NCBI GenBank assembly: GCA_964016885.1
Contig: OZ024740.1
Span: 295,740,001-295,804,000, forward strand
DNA: 64,000 nucleotides
DNA from: Eledone cirrhosa
Taxonomy: Eukaryota
Direction: 5' to 3'
Position 1 is the stretch's first letter, and each line of letters starts with the position of its first letter. A program made the position numbers and the translations under genes. This document shows positions 1-14,700 of the stretch, piece after piece. The notes beneath the pieces are model-generated. The model searched no databases, was not told where the DNA came from, and saw nothing but the letters and a program-made list of their open reading frames with translations.

Positions 1-3000
1 AGAATATATTATATAGACAGTGATTGTACCTAAGAATATATTATATAGACAGTGAGTGTAACTAAGAATATATTATATAGAAAGTGAGTGTACTGGGAAT
101 ATATTATATAGACAGTGAGTGTACTGAGAATATATTATATAGACAGTGAATGTACCTAACAATATATTATATAGACAGAGAGTGTACCTAAGAATATATT
201 ATATAGAGAGTGAGTGTACTGGGAATATATTATATAGACAGTGAGTGTACTGAGAATATATTATATAGAGAGTGAGTGTACCTAAGAATATATTATATAG
301 AGAGTGAGTGTACGCGAGAATATATTATATAGACAGAGAGTGTACCTAAGAATATATTATATAGACAGTGAGTGTACCTAAGAATATATTATATAGAGAG
401 TGAGTGTAACTAAGAATATATTATATAGACAGTGAGTGTACCTAAGAATATATTATATAGACAGTGAGTGTACCTGAGAATATATTATATAGACAGTGAG
501 TGTACCTAAGAATATATTATATAGATAGTGAGTGTACCTGAGAATATATTATATAGACAATGAGTATTCCTAAGAATATATTATATAGACAGCAAGTGTA
601 CTGACTATATACTATATAGACAGTGAGTGTACCTAAGAATATATTATATAGACAGTGAGTGTACCTAACAATATATTATATAGAGAGTGAGTGGACCTAA
701 GAATATATTATATAGACAGTAAGCGGACCTAACAATATATTATATAGACAGTGAGTGTACCTAAGAATATATTATATAGAGAGTGATTGTACCTAAGAAT
801 ATATTATATAGACAGTGAGTGTACCTAATAATATATTATATAGACAGTGATTGTACCTAAGAATATATTATACAGGCACTGACTGGACTTGAGAATATAT
901 TATATAGACAATAGGTGTACCTACGAATATATTATATAGAGAGTGGTTGTACTGAGAATATATTATATAGACAGTGAATGTATCCAAGAATATATTATAT
1001 AGACAGTGAGTGTACCTGAGAATATATTATATAGACAGTGAGTGTACCTAAGAGTATATTATATAGATAGTGAGTGTATCTAAGAATATATTATATAGAT
1101 AGTGAGTGTATCTAAGAATATATTATATAGACAGTGAGTGTACCTAAGAATATATTATATAGACAGTGATTGTACCTAAGAATATATTATATAGACAGTG
1201 AGTGTACCTAAGAATATATTATATAGACAATGAGTGTACCTAGGAATACATTATATAGACAGTGAGTGTACCTAAGCATATATTATATAGACAGTGAGTG
1301 TACTGAGAATATATTATATAGACAGTGAGTGTACCTAAGAATATATTATATAGAGAGTGAGTGTACGCGAGAATATATTATATAGACAGTGAGTTTATCT
1401 AAGAATATATTATATAGACAGTGAGTGTACCTGAGAATATATTATATAGACAGTGAGTGTACATAAGAATATATTATATAGACAGTGAGTGTACCTAAGA
1501 ATATATTATATAGATAGTGAGTGTATCTAAGAATATATTATATAGATAGTGAGTGTACCTAAGAATATATTATATAGACAGTGAGTGTACCTAAGAATAT
1601 ATTATATAGACAGTGATTGTACCTAAGAATATAATATATAGACAGTGAGTGTAAAAAAGAATATATTATATAGACAGTGATTGTACCTAAGAATATATTA
1701 TATAGACAGTGAGTGTACCTAAGAATATATTATATAGACAGTGAGTGTACCTAAGCATATATTATATAGACAGTGAGTGTACTGAGAATATATTATATAG
1801 ACAGTGAGTGTACCTAATAATATATTATATAGACAGTGAGTGTACCTGAGAATATATTATATAGACAGTGAGTGTACATAAGAATATATTATATAGACAG
1901 TGAGTGTACCTAAGATAATATTATATAGATAGTGAGTGTATCTAAGAATATATTATATAGATAGTGAGTGTATCTAAGAATATATTATATAGACAGTGAG
2001 TGTACCTAAGTATATATTATATAGACAGTGATTGTACCTAAGAATATATTATATAGCCAGTGAGTGTACCTAGGAATATATTATATAGACAGTGAGTGTA
2101 CCTAAGCAGATATTAAATAGACAGTGAGTGTACCTAATAATATAATATATAGACAGTGAGTGTAACTAAGAATATATTATATAGACAGTGAGTGTACCCG
2201 AGAATATATTATATAGACAGTGATTGTACCTAAGAATATATTATATAGACAGTGAGTGTATCTAACAATATATTATATAGACAGTGAGTGTACCTAAGAA
2301 TATATTATTTAGAAAGTGAGTGTACCAAACAATATATTATATAGACAGTGAGTGTACCTAATAATATATTATATAGACAGTGAGTGTACCTAAGAATATA
2401 TTATATAGAGAGTGAGTGTACCTAAGAATATATTATATAGAGCGTGATTGTACCTAAGAATATATTATATAGACAGTGAGTGTACCTAAGAATATATTAT
2501 ATAGACAGTGAGTGTACCTAAGAATATATTATATAGGCACTGACTGGACCTGAGAATATATTATATAGACAATAAGTGTACCTAAGCATATATTATATAG
2601 AGAGTAAGTGTACTGAGATTATATTATATAGACAGTGAGTGTACCTAAGAATATATTATATAGAGAGTGAGTGTACGCGAGAATATATTATATAGAGAGT
2701 GAGTGTACCTAAGAATATATTATATAGACAGTGAGTGTACCTAAGAATATATTATATAAACAGTGAGTGTACCTAAGAATATATTATATAGACAGTGAGT
2801 GTACCTAAGAATATATTATATAGACAGTGAGTGTACCTAAGAATATATTATATAGACAGTGAGTGTTCCTAAGAATATATTATATAGACAGTGAGTGTAC
2901 TGAATATATATTATATAGACAATGAGTGTACCTAAGAATATATTATATAGACAGTGAGTGTACCTAACAATATATTATATAGAGAGTGAGTGTACCCAAG

Positions 3001-6000
3001 AATATATTATATAGACAGTAAGTGTACATAAGAATATATTATATAGACAGTGAGTGTACCTAAGAATATATTATATAGAGAGTGATTGTACCTAAGAATA
3101 TATTATATAGACAGTGAGTGTACCTAATAATATATTATATAGGCACTGACTGGACCTGAAAATATATTATATAGACAATAAGTGTACCTAAGAATATATT
3201 ATATAGAGAGTGAGTGTACTGAGAATATATTATATAGACAGTGAGTGTACCTGAGAATATATTATATAGACAGTGAGTGTACCTAAGAATATATTATATA
3301 GATAGTGAGTGTATCCAAGAATATATTATATAGACAGTGAGTGTACCTGAGAATATATTATATAGTCAGTGAGTGTACCTAAGAATATATTATATAGACA
3401 GTGAATGTATCCAAGAATATATTATATAGATAGTGAGTGTATCTGAGAATATATTATATAGACAGTGAGTGTACATAAGAATATATTATATAGACAGTGA
3501 GTGTACCTAAGAATATATTATATAGATAGTGAGTGTATCTAAGAATATATTATATAGATAGTGAGTGTATCTAAGAATATATTATATAGACAGTGAGTGT
3601 ACCTAAGAATATATTATATAGAGAGTGAGTGTACCTAAGAATATATTATATAGACAGTGAGTGTACCTAAGAATATATTATATAGACAGTGAGTGTACCT
3701 AAGAATATATTATATACACAGTGAGTGTACCTAAGAATATATTATATAGAGGGTGAGTGTACCTAAGATTATATTATATAGACAGTAAGTGTACCTAACA
3801 ATATATTATATAGACAGTGAGTGTACCTAAGAATATATTATATAGACAGTGAGTGTACCTAACAATATATTATATAGAGAGTGAGTGTACCTAAGAATAT
3901 ATTATATAGAGAGTGAGTGTACCTAAGAATATATTATATAGACAGTGAGTGTACCTAAGAATATATTATATAGACAGTGAGTGTACCTAAGAATATATTA
4001 TATAGACAGTGACTGTACCTAAGAATATATTATATAGAGAGTGAGTGTACCTAAGAATATATTATATAGACAGTGAGTTTACCTAAGAATATATTATATA
4101 GACAGTGAGTGTACCTAAGAATATATTATATAGACAGTGAGTGTACCTAAGAATATATTATATAGACAGTGAGTGTACCTAAGAATATATTATATAGACA
4201 GTGAGTGTACCTAAGAATATATTATATAGACAGTGAGTGTTCCTAAGAATATATTATATAGAGAGTGAGTGTACGCGAGAATATATTATATAGACAGTGA
4301 GTGTACCTAAGAATATATTATATAGACAGTGAGTGTACCTAAGAATATATTATATAAACAGTGAGTGTACCTAAGAATATATTATATAGACAGTGAGTGT
4401 ACCTAAGAATATATTATATAGACAGTGAGTGTACCTAAGAATATATTATATAGACAGTGAGTGTTCCTAAGAATATATTATATAGACAGTGAGTGTACTG
4501 AATATATATTATATAGACAATGAGTGTACCTAAGAATATATTATATAGACAGTGAGTGTATCTAACAATATATTATATAGAGAATGAGTGTACCCAAGAA
4601 TATATTATATAGACAGTAAGTGTACCTAAGAATATATTATATAGACAGTGAGTGTACCTAAGAATATATTATATAGAGAGTGACTGTACCTAAGAATATA
4701 TTATATAGACAGTGAGTGTACCTAATAATATATTATATAGACAGTGATTGTACCTAAGAATATATTATATAGGCACTGACTGGACCTGAGAATATATTAT
4801 ATAGACAATAAGTGTACCTAAGAATATATTATATAGAGAGTGAGTGTACTGAGAATATATTATATAGACAGTGAATGTATCCAAGAATATATTATATAGA
4901 CAGTGAGTGTACCTGAGAATATATTATATAGACAGTGAGTGTACCTAAGAATATATTATATAGATAGTGAGTGTATCCAAGAATATATTATATAGACAGT
5001 GAGTGTACCTGAGAATATATTATATAGACAGTGAGTGTACTGAATATATATTATATAGACAATGAGTGTAACTAAGAATATATTATATAGACAGTGAGTG
5101 TACCTAAGAATATATTATATAGACAGTGAATGTATGAAAGAATATATTATATAGATAGTGAGTGTATCTGAGAACATATTATATAGACAGTGAGTGTACA
5201 TAAGAATATATTATATAGACTGTGAGTGTACCTAAGAATATATTATATAGATAGTGAGTGTATCTAAGAATATATTATATAGATAGTGAGTGTATCTAAG
5301 AATATATCATATAGACAGTGAGTGTGCCTAATAATATATTATATAGACAGTGATTGTATCTAAGAATATATTATATAGGCACTGACTGGACTTGAGAATA
5401 TATTATATAGACAGTGAGTGTACCTAGGAATATATTATATAGACAGTGAGTGTACCTAAGCATATATTATATAGACAGTGAGTGTACCTAAGAATATATT
5501 ATATAGACAGTGAGTGTACCTAAGAATATATTATATAGACAGTGAGTGTACCTAAGAATATATTATATACACAGTGAGTGTACCTAAGAATATATTATAT
5601 AGAGAGTGAGTGTATCTAAGAATATATTATATAGACAGTGAGTGTACCTAAGAATATATTATATAGACAGTAAGTGTACCTAAGAATATATTATATAGAG
5701 AGTGATTGTACCTAAGAATATATTATATAGACAGTGAGTGTACCTAATAATATATTATATAGACAGTGATTGTACATAAGAATATATTATATAGGCACTG
5801 ACTGGACCTGAGAATATATTATATAGACAATAAGTGTACCTAAGAATATATTATATAGAGAGTGAGTGTACTGAGAATATATTATATAGACAGTGAATGT
5901 ATCCAAGAATATATTATATAGACAGTGAGTGTACCTGAGAATATATTATATAGACAGTGAGTGTACCTAAGAATATATTATATAGAGAGTGAGTGTACTG

Positions 6001-8734
6001 AGAATATATTATATAGACAGTGAATGTATCCAACAATATATTATATAGACAGTGAGTGTACCTGAGAATATATTATATAGACAGTGAGTGTACCTAAGAA
6101 TATAGTATATAGATAGTGAGTGTATCCAAGAATATATTATATAGACAGTGAGCGTACCTGAGAATATATTATATAGTCAGTGAGTGTACCTAAGAATATA
6201 TTATATAGACAGTGAATGTATCCAAGAATATATTATATAGACAGTGAGTGTACCTAGGAATATATTATATAGACAGTGAGTGTACCTAAGCATATATTAT
6301 ATAGACAGTGAGTGTACCTAAGAATATATTATATAGACAGTGAGTGTAACTAAGAATATATTATATAGAAAGTGAGTGTACCAAACAATATATTATATAG
6401 ACAGTGACTGTACCTAAGAATATATTATATAGAGAGTGAGTGTACCTAAGAATATATTATATAGACAGTGAGTGTACCTAAGAATATATTATATAGACAG
6501 TGAGTGTACCTAAGAATATATTATATAGACAGTGACTGTACCTAAGAATATATTATATAGAGAGTGAGTGTACCTAAGAATATATTATATAGACAGTGAG
6601 TTTACCTAAGAATATATTATATAGACAGTGAGTGTACCTAAGAATATATTATATAGACAGTGAGTGTACCTAAGAATATATTATATAGACAGTGAGTGTA
6701 CCTAAGAATATATTATATAGACAGTGAGTGTACCTAAGAATATATTATATAGACAGTGAGTGTTCCTAAGAATATATTATATAGACAGTGAGTGTACTGA
6801 ATATATATTATATAGACAATGAGTGTACCTAAGAATATATTATATAGACAGTGAGTGTACCTAAAAATATATTATATAGAGAGTGAGTGTACCTAAGAAT
6901 ATATTATATAGACAGTCATTGTAACTAACAATATATTATATAGACAGTGAGTGTACCTAAGAATATATTATATAGAGAGTGATTGTACCTAAGAATATAT
7001 TATATAGACAGTGAGTGTACCTAATAATATATTATATAGACAGTGATTGTACCTAAGAATATATTATATAGGCACTGACTGGACTTGAGAATATATTATA
7101 TAGACAATGAGTGTACCTAGGAATATATTATATAGACAGTGTGTGTACCTAAGCATATATTATATAGACAGTGAGTGTACTGAGAATATATTATATAGAC
7201 AGTGAGTGTACCTAAGAATATATTATATAGAGAGTGAGTGTACGCGAGAATATATTATATAGACAGTGAGTGTACCTAAGAATATATTATATAGACAGTG
7301 AGTGTACCTGAGAATATATTATATAGACAGTGAGTGTACATAAGAATATATTATATAGACAGTGAGTGTACCTAAGAATATATTATATAGACAGTGAGTG
7401 TACCTAGGAATATATTATATAGACAGTGAGTGTACCTAAGCATATATTATATAGACAGTGAGTGTACCTAAGAATATAATATATAGACAGTGAGTGTAAA
7501 TAAGAATATATTATATAGACACTGAGTGTACCCGAGAATATATTATATAGAGAGTGATTGTACCTAAGAATATATTATATAGACAGTGAGTGTACCTAAG
7601 AATATATTATTTAGAAAGTGAATGTACCAAACAATATATTATATAGACAGTGAGTGTACCTAAGAATATATTATATAGACAGTGAGTGTACCTAAGAATA
7701 TATTATATAGAGAGTGAGTGTACCTAAGAATATATGATATAGATAGTGAGTGTAACCAAGAATATATTATATAGACAGTGAGTGTACCTAAGAATATATT
7801 ATATAGACAGTGAATGTATGAAAGAATATATTATATAGATAGTGAGTGTATCTGAGAACATATTATATAGACAGTGAGTGTACATAAGAATATATTATAT
7901 AGACTGTGAGTGTACCTAAGAATATATTATATAGATAGTGAGTGTATCTAAGAATATATTATATAGATAGTGAGTGTATCTAAGAATATATCATATAGAC
8001 AGTGAGTGTGCCTAATAATATATTATATAGACAGTGATTGTATCTAAGAATATATTATATAGGCACTGACTGGACTTGAGAATATATTATATAGACAGTG
8101 AGTGTACCTAGGAATATATTATATAGACAGTGAGTGTACCTAAGCATATATTATATAGACAGTGAGTGTACCTAAGAATATATTATATAGACAGTGAGTG
8201 TACCTAAGAATATATTATATAGACAGTGAGTGTACCTAAGAATATATTATATACACAGTGAGTGTACCTAAGAATATATTATATAGAGAGTGAGTGTATC
8301 TAAGAATATATTATATAGACAGTGAGTGTACCTAAGAATATATTATATAGACAGTAAGTGTACCTAAGAATATATTATATAGAGAGTGATTGTACCTAAG
8401 AATATATTATATAGACAGTGAGTGTACCTAATAATATATTATATAGACAGTGATTGTACATAAGAATATATTATATAGGCACTGACTGGACCTGAGAATA
8501 TATTATATAGACAATAAGTGTACCTAAGAATATATTATATAGAGAGTGAGTGTACTGAGAATATATTATATAGACAGTGAATGTATCCAAGAATATATTA
8601 TATAGACAGTGAGTGTACCTGAGAATATATTATATAGACAGTGAGTGTACCTAAGAATATATTATATAGAGAGTGAGTGTACTGAGAATATATTATATAG
8701 ACAGTGAGTACCTAAGAATATATTATATAGAGAG

Positions 8735-11700
8735 TGAATGTATCCACGAATATATTATATAGACAGTGAGTGTACCTGAGAATATATTATATAGACAGTG
8801 AGTGTACCTAAGAGTATATTATATAGATAGTGAGTGTATCTAAGAATATATTATATAGATAGTGAGTGTATCTAAGAATATATTATATAGACAGTGAGTG
8901 TACCTAAGAATATATTATATAGACAGTGATTGTACCTAAGAATATATTATATAGACAGTGAGTGTACCTAAGAATATATTATATAGACAATGAGTGTACC
9001 TAGGAATATATTATATAGACAGTGTGTGTACCTAAGCATATATTATATAGACAGTGAGTGTACTGAGAATATATTATATAGACAGTGAGTGTACCTAAGA
9101 ATATATTATATAGAGAGTGAGTGTACGCGAGAATATATTATATAGACAGTGAGTGTACCTAAGAATATATTATATAGACAGTGAGTGTACCTGAGAATAT
9201 ATTATATAGACAGTGAGTGTACATAAGAATATATTATATAGACAGTGAGTGTACCTAAGAATATATTATATAGACAGTGAGTGTACCTAGGAATATATTA
9301 TAAAGACAGTGAGTGTACCTAAGCATATATTATATAGACAGTGAGTGTACCTAAGAATATAATATATAGACAGTGAGTGTAAATAAGAATATATTATATA
9401 GACACTGAGTGTACCCGAGAATATATTATATAGAGAGTGATTGTACCTATGAATATATTATATAGACAGTGAGTGTACCTAAGAATATATTATTTAGAAA
9501 GTGAATGTACCAAACAATATATTATATAGACAGTGAGTGTACCTAAGAATATATTATATAGACAGTGAGTGTACCTAAGAATATATTATATAGAGAGTGA
9601 GTGTACCTAAGAATATATGATATAGATAGTGAGTGTAACCAAGAATATATTATATAGACAGTGAGTGTACCTGAGAATATATTATATAGTCAGTGAGTGT
9701 ACCTAAGAATATATTATATAGACAGTGAATGTATCCAAGAATATATTATATAGATAGTGAGTGTATCTGAGAACATATTATATAGACAGTGAGTGTACAT
9801 AAGAATATATTATATAGACTGTGAGTGTACCTAAGAATATATTATATAGATAGTGAGTGTATCTAAGAATATATTATATAGATAGTGAGTGTATCTAAGA
9901 ATATATCATATAGACACTGAGTGTACCTAATAATATATTATATAGACAGTGATTGTATCTAAGAATATATTATATAGGCACTGACTGGACTTGAGAATAT
10001 ATTATATAGACAGTGAGTGTACCTAGGAATATATTATATAGACAGTGAGTGTACCTAAGCATATATTATATAGACAGTGAGTGTACCTAAGAATATATTA
10101 TATAGACAGTGAGTGTACCTAAGAATATATTATATAGACAGTGAGTGTACCTAAGAATATATTATATACACAGTGAGTGTACCTAAGAATATATTATATA
10201 GAGAGTGAGTGTATCTAAGAATATATTATATAGACAGTGAGTGTACCTAAGAATATATTATATAGACAGTAAGTGTACCTAAGAATATATTATATAGAGA
10301 GTGATTGTACCTAAGAATATATTATATAGACAGTGAGTGTACCTAATAATATATTATATAGACAGTGATTGTACATAAGAATATATTATATAGGCACTGA
10401 CTGGACCTGAGAATATATTATATAGACAATAAGTGTACCTAAGAATATATTATATAGAGAGTGAGTGTACTGAGAATATATTATATAGACAGTGAATGTA
10501 TCCAAGAATATATTATATAGACAGTGAGTGTACCTGAGAATATATTATATAGACAGTGAGTGTACCTAAGAATATATTATATAGATAGTGAGTGTATCCA
10601 AGAATATATTATATAGACAGTGAGTGTACCTGAGAATATATTATATAGACAGTGAGTGTACTGAATATATATTATATAGACAATGAGTGTAACTAAGAAT
10701 ATATTATATAGACAGTGAGTGTACCTAAGAATATATTATGTAGACAGTGAGTGTACCAAAGAATATATTATATAGATAGTGAGTGTACCTAAGAATATAT
10801 TATATAGACAGTGAGTGTACCTAAGAATATGTTATATAGACAGTGAGTGTTCCTAAGAATATATTATATAGACAGTGAGTGTACTGAATATATATTATAT
10901 ACACAGTGAGTGTACCTAAGAATATATTATATAGACAGTGAGTGTACCTAAGAATATATTATATAGACAGTGAGTGTACCTAGGAATATATTATATAGAC
11001 AGTGAGTGTACCTAAGCATATATTATATAGACAGTGAGTGTACCTAAGAATATATTATATAGACAGTGAGGGTAACTAAGAATATATTATATAGAAAGTG
11101 AGTGTACCAAACAATATATTATATAGACAGTGACTGTACCTAAGAATATATTATATAGAGAGTGAGTGTACCTAAGAATATATTATATAGACAGTGAGTG
11201 TACCTAAGAATATATTATATAGACAGTGAGTGTACCTAAGAATATATTATATAGACAGTGACTGTACCTAAGAATATATTATATAGAGAGTGAGTGTACC
11301 TAAGAATATATTATATAGACAGTGAGTGTACCTAAGAATATATTATATAGACAGTGAGTGTACCTAAGAATATATTATATAGACAGTAAGTGTACCTAAC
11401 AATATATTATATAGACAGTGAGTGTACCTAAGAATATATTATATAGACAGTGAGTGTTCCTAAGAATATATTATATAGACAGTGAGTGTACTGAATATAT
11501 ATTATATAGACAATGAGTGTACCTAAGAATATATTATATAGACAGTGAGTGTACCTTACAATATATTATATAGAGAGTGAGTGTACCTAAGAATATATTA
11601 TATAGACAGTAAGTGTACCTAACAATATATTATATAGACAGTGAGTGTACCTAAGAATATATTATATAGAGAGTGATTGTACCTAAGAATATATTATATA

Positions 11701-14700
11701 GACAGTGAGTGTACCTAATAATATATTATATAGACAGTGATTGTATCTAAGAATATATTATATAGGCACTGACTGGACTTGAGAATATATTATATAGACA
11801 ATAAGTGTACCTAAGAATATATTATATAGAGAGTGGGTGTACTGAGAATATATTATATAGACAGTGAATGTATCCAAGAATATATTATATAGATAGTGAG
11901 TGTACTGAATATATATTATATAGACAATGAGTGTAACTAAGAATATATTATATAGACAGTGAGTGTACCTAAGAATATATTATATAGACAGTGAGTGTAC
12001 CAAAGAATATATTATATAGATAGTGAGTGTACCTAAGCATATATTATATAGACAGTGAGTGTACCTAAGAATATGTTATATAGACAGTGAGTGTTCCTAA
12101 GAATATATTATATAGACAGTGAGTGTACCTAATAATATATTATATAGACAGTGATTGTACCTAAGAATATTTTATATAGGCACTGACTGGACTTGAGAAT
12201 ATATTATATAGACAATAAGTGTACCTAAGAATATATTATATAGAGAGTGGGTGTACTGAGTATATATTATAAAGACAGTGAATGTATCCACGAATATATT
12301 ATATAGACAGTGAGTGTACCTGAGAATATATTATATAGACAGTGAGTGTACCTAAGAGTATATTATATAGATAGTGAGTGTATCTAAGAATATATTATAT
12401 AGATAGTGAGTGTATCTAAGAATATATTATATAGACAGTGAGTGTACCTAAGAATATATTATATAGACAGTGATTGTACCTAAGAATATATTATATAGAC
12501 AGTGAGTGTACCTAAGAATATATTATATAGACAATGAGTGTACCTAGGAATATATTATATAGACAGTGTGTGTACCTAGGCATATATTATATAGACAGTG
12601 AGTGTACTGAGAATATATTATATAGACAGTGAGTGTACCTAAGAATATATTATATAGAGAGTGAGTGTACGCGAGAATATATTATATAGACAGTGAGTGT
12701 ACCTAAGAATATATTATATAGACAGTGAGTGTACCTGAGAATATATTATATAGACAGTGAGTGTACATAAGAATATATTATATAGACAGTGAGTGTACCT
12801 AAGAATATATTATATAGACAGTGAGTGTACCTAGGAATATATTATAAAGACAGTGAGTGTACCTAAGCATATATTATATAGACAGTGAGTGTACCTAAGA
12901 ATATAATATATAGACAGTGAGTGTAAATAAGAATATATTATATAGACACTGAGTGTACCCGAGAATATATTATATAGAGAGTGATTGTACCTATGAATAT
13001 ATTATATAGACAGTGAGTGTACCTAAGAATATATTATTTAGAAAGTGAATGTACCAAACAATATATTATATAGACAGTGAGTGTACCTAAGAATATATTA
13101 TATAGACAGTGAGTGTACCTAAGAATATATTATATAGAGAGTGAGTGTACCTAAGAATATATGATATAGATAGTGAGTGTAACCAAGAATATATTATATA
13201 GACAGTGAGTGTACCTGAGAATATATTATATAGTCAGTGAGTGTACCTAAGAATATATTATATAGACAGTGAATGTATCCAAGAATATATTATATAGATA
13301 GTGAGTGTATCTGAGAACATATTATATAGACAGTGAGTGTACATAAGAATATATTATATAGACTGTGAGTGTACCTAAGAATATATTATATAGATAGTGA
13401 GTGTATCTAAGAATATATTATATAGATAGTGAGTGTATCTAAGAATATATCATATAGACAGTGAGTGTACCTAATAATATATTATATAGACAGTGATTGT
13501 ATCTAAGAATATATTATATAGGCACTGACTGGACTTGAGAATATATTATATAGACAGTGAGTGTACCTAGGAATATATTATATAGACAGTGAGTGTACCT
13601 AAGCATATATTATATAGACAGTGAGTGTACCTAAGAATATATTATATAGACAGTGAGTGTACCTAAGAATATATTATATAGACAGTGAGTGTACCTAAGA
13701 ATATATTATATACACAGTGAGTGTACCTAAGAATATATTATATAGAGAGTGAGTGTATCTAAGAATATATTATATAGACAGTGAGTGTACCTAAGAATAT
13801 ATTATATAGACAGTAAGTGTACCTAAGAATATATTATATAGAGAGTGATTGTACCTAAGAATATATTATATAGACAGTGAGTGTACCTAATAATATATTA
13901 TATAGACAGTGATTGTACATAAGAATATATTATATAGGCACTGACTGGACCTGAGAATATATTATATAGACAATAAGTGTACCTAAGAATATATTATATA
14001 GAGAGTGAGTGTACTGAGAATATATTATATAGACAGTGAATGTATCCAAGAATATATTATATAGACAGTGAGTGTACCTGAGAATATATTATATAGACAG
14101 TGAGTGTACCTAAGAATATATTATATAGATAGTGAGTGTATCCAAGAATATATTATATAGACAGTGAGTGTACCTGAGAATATATTATATAGACAGTGAG
14201 TGTACTGAATATATATTATATAGACAATGAGTGTAACTAAGAATATATTATATAGACAGTGAGTGTACCTAAGAATATATTATATAGACAGTGAGTGTAC
14301 CAAAGAATATATTATATAGATAGTGAGTGTACCTAAGAATATATTATATAGACAGTGAGTGTACCTAAGAATATGTTATATAGACAGTGAGTGTTCCTAA
14401 GAATATATTATATAGACAGTGAGTGTACTGAATATATATTATATACACAGTGAGTGTACCTAAGAATATATTATATAGACAGTGAGTGTACCTAAGAATA
14501 TATTATATAGACAGTGAGTGTACCTAGGAATATATTATATAGACAGTGAGTGTACCTAAGCATATATTATATAGACAGTGAGTGTACCTAAGAATATATT
14601 ATATAGACAGTGAGGGTAACTAAGAATATATTATATAGAAAGTGAGTGTACCAAACAATATATTATATAGACAGTGACTGTACCTAAGAATATATTATAT

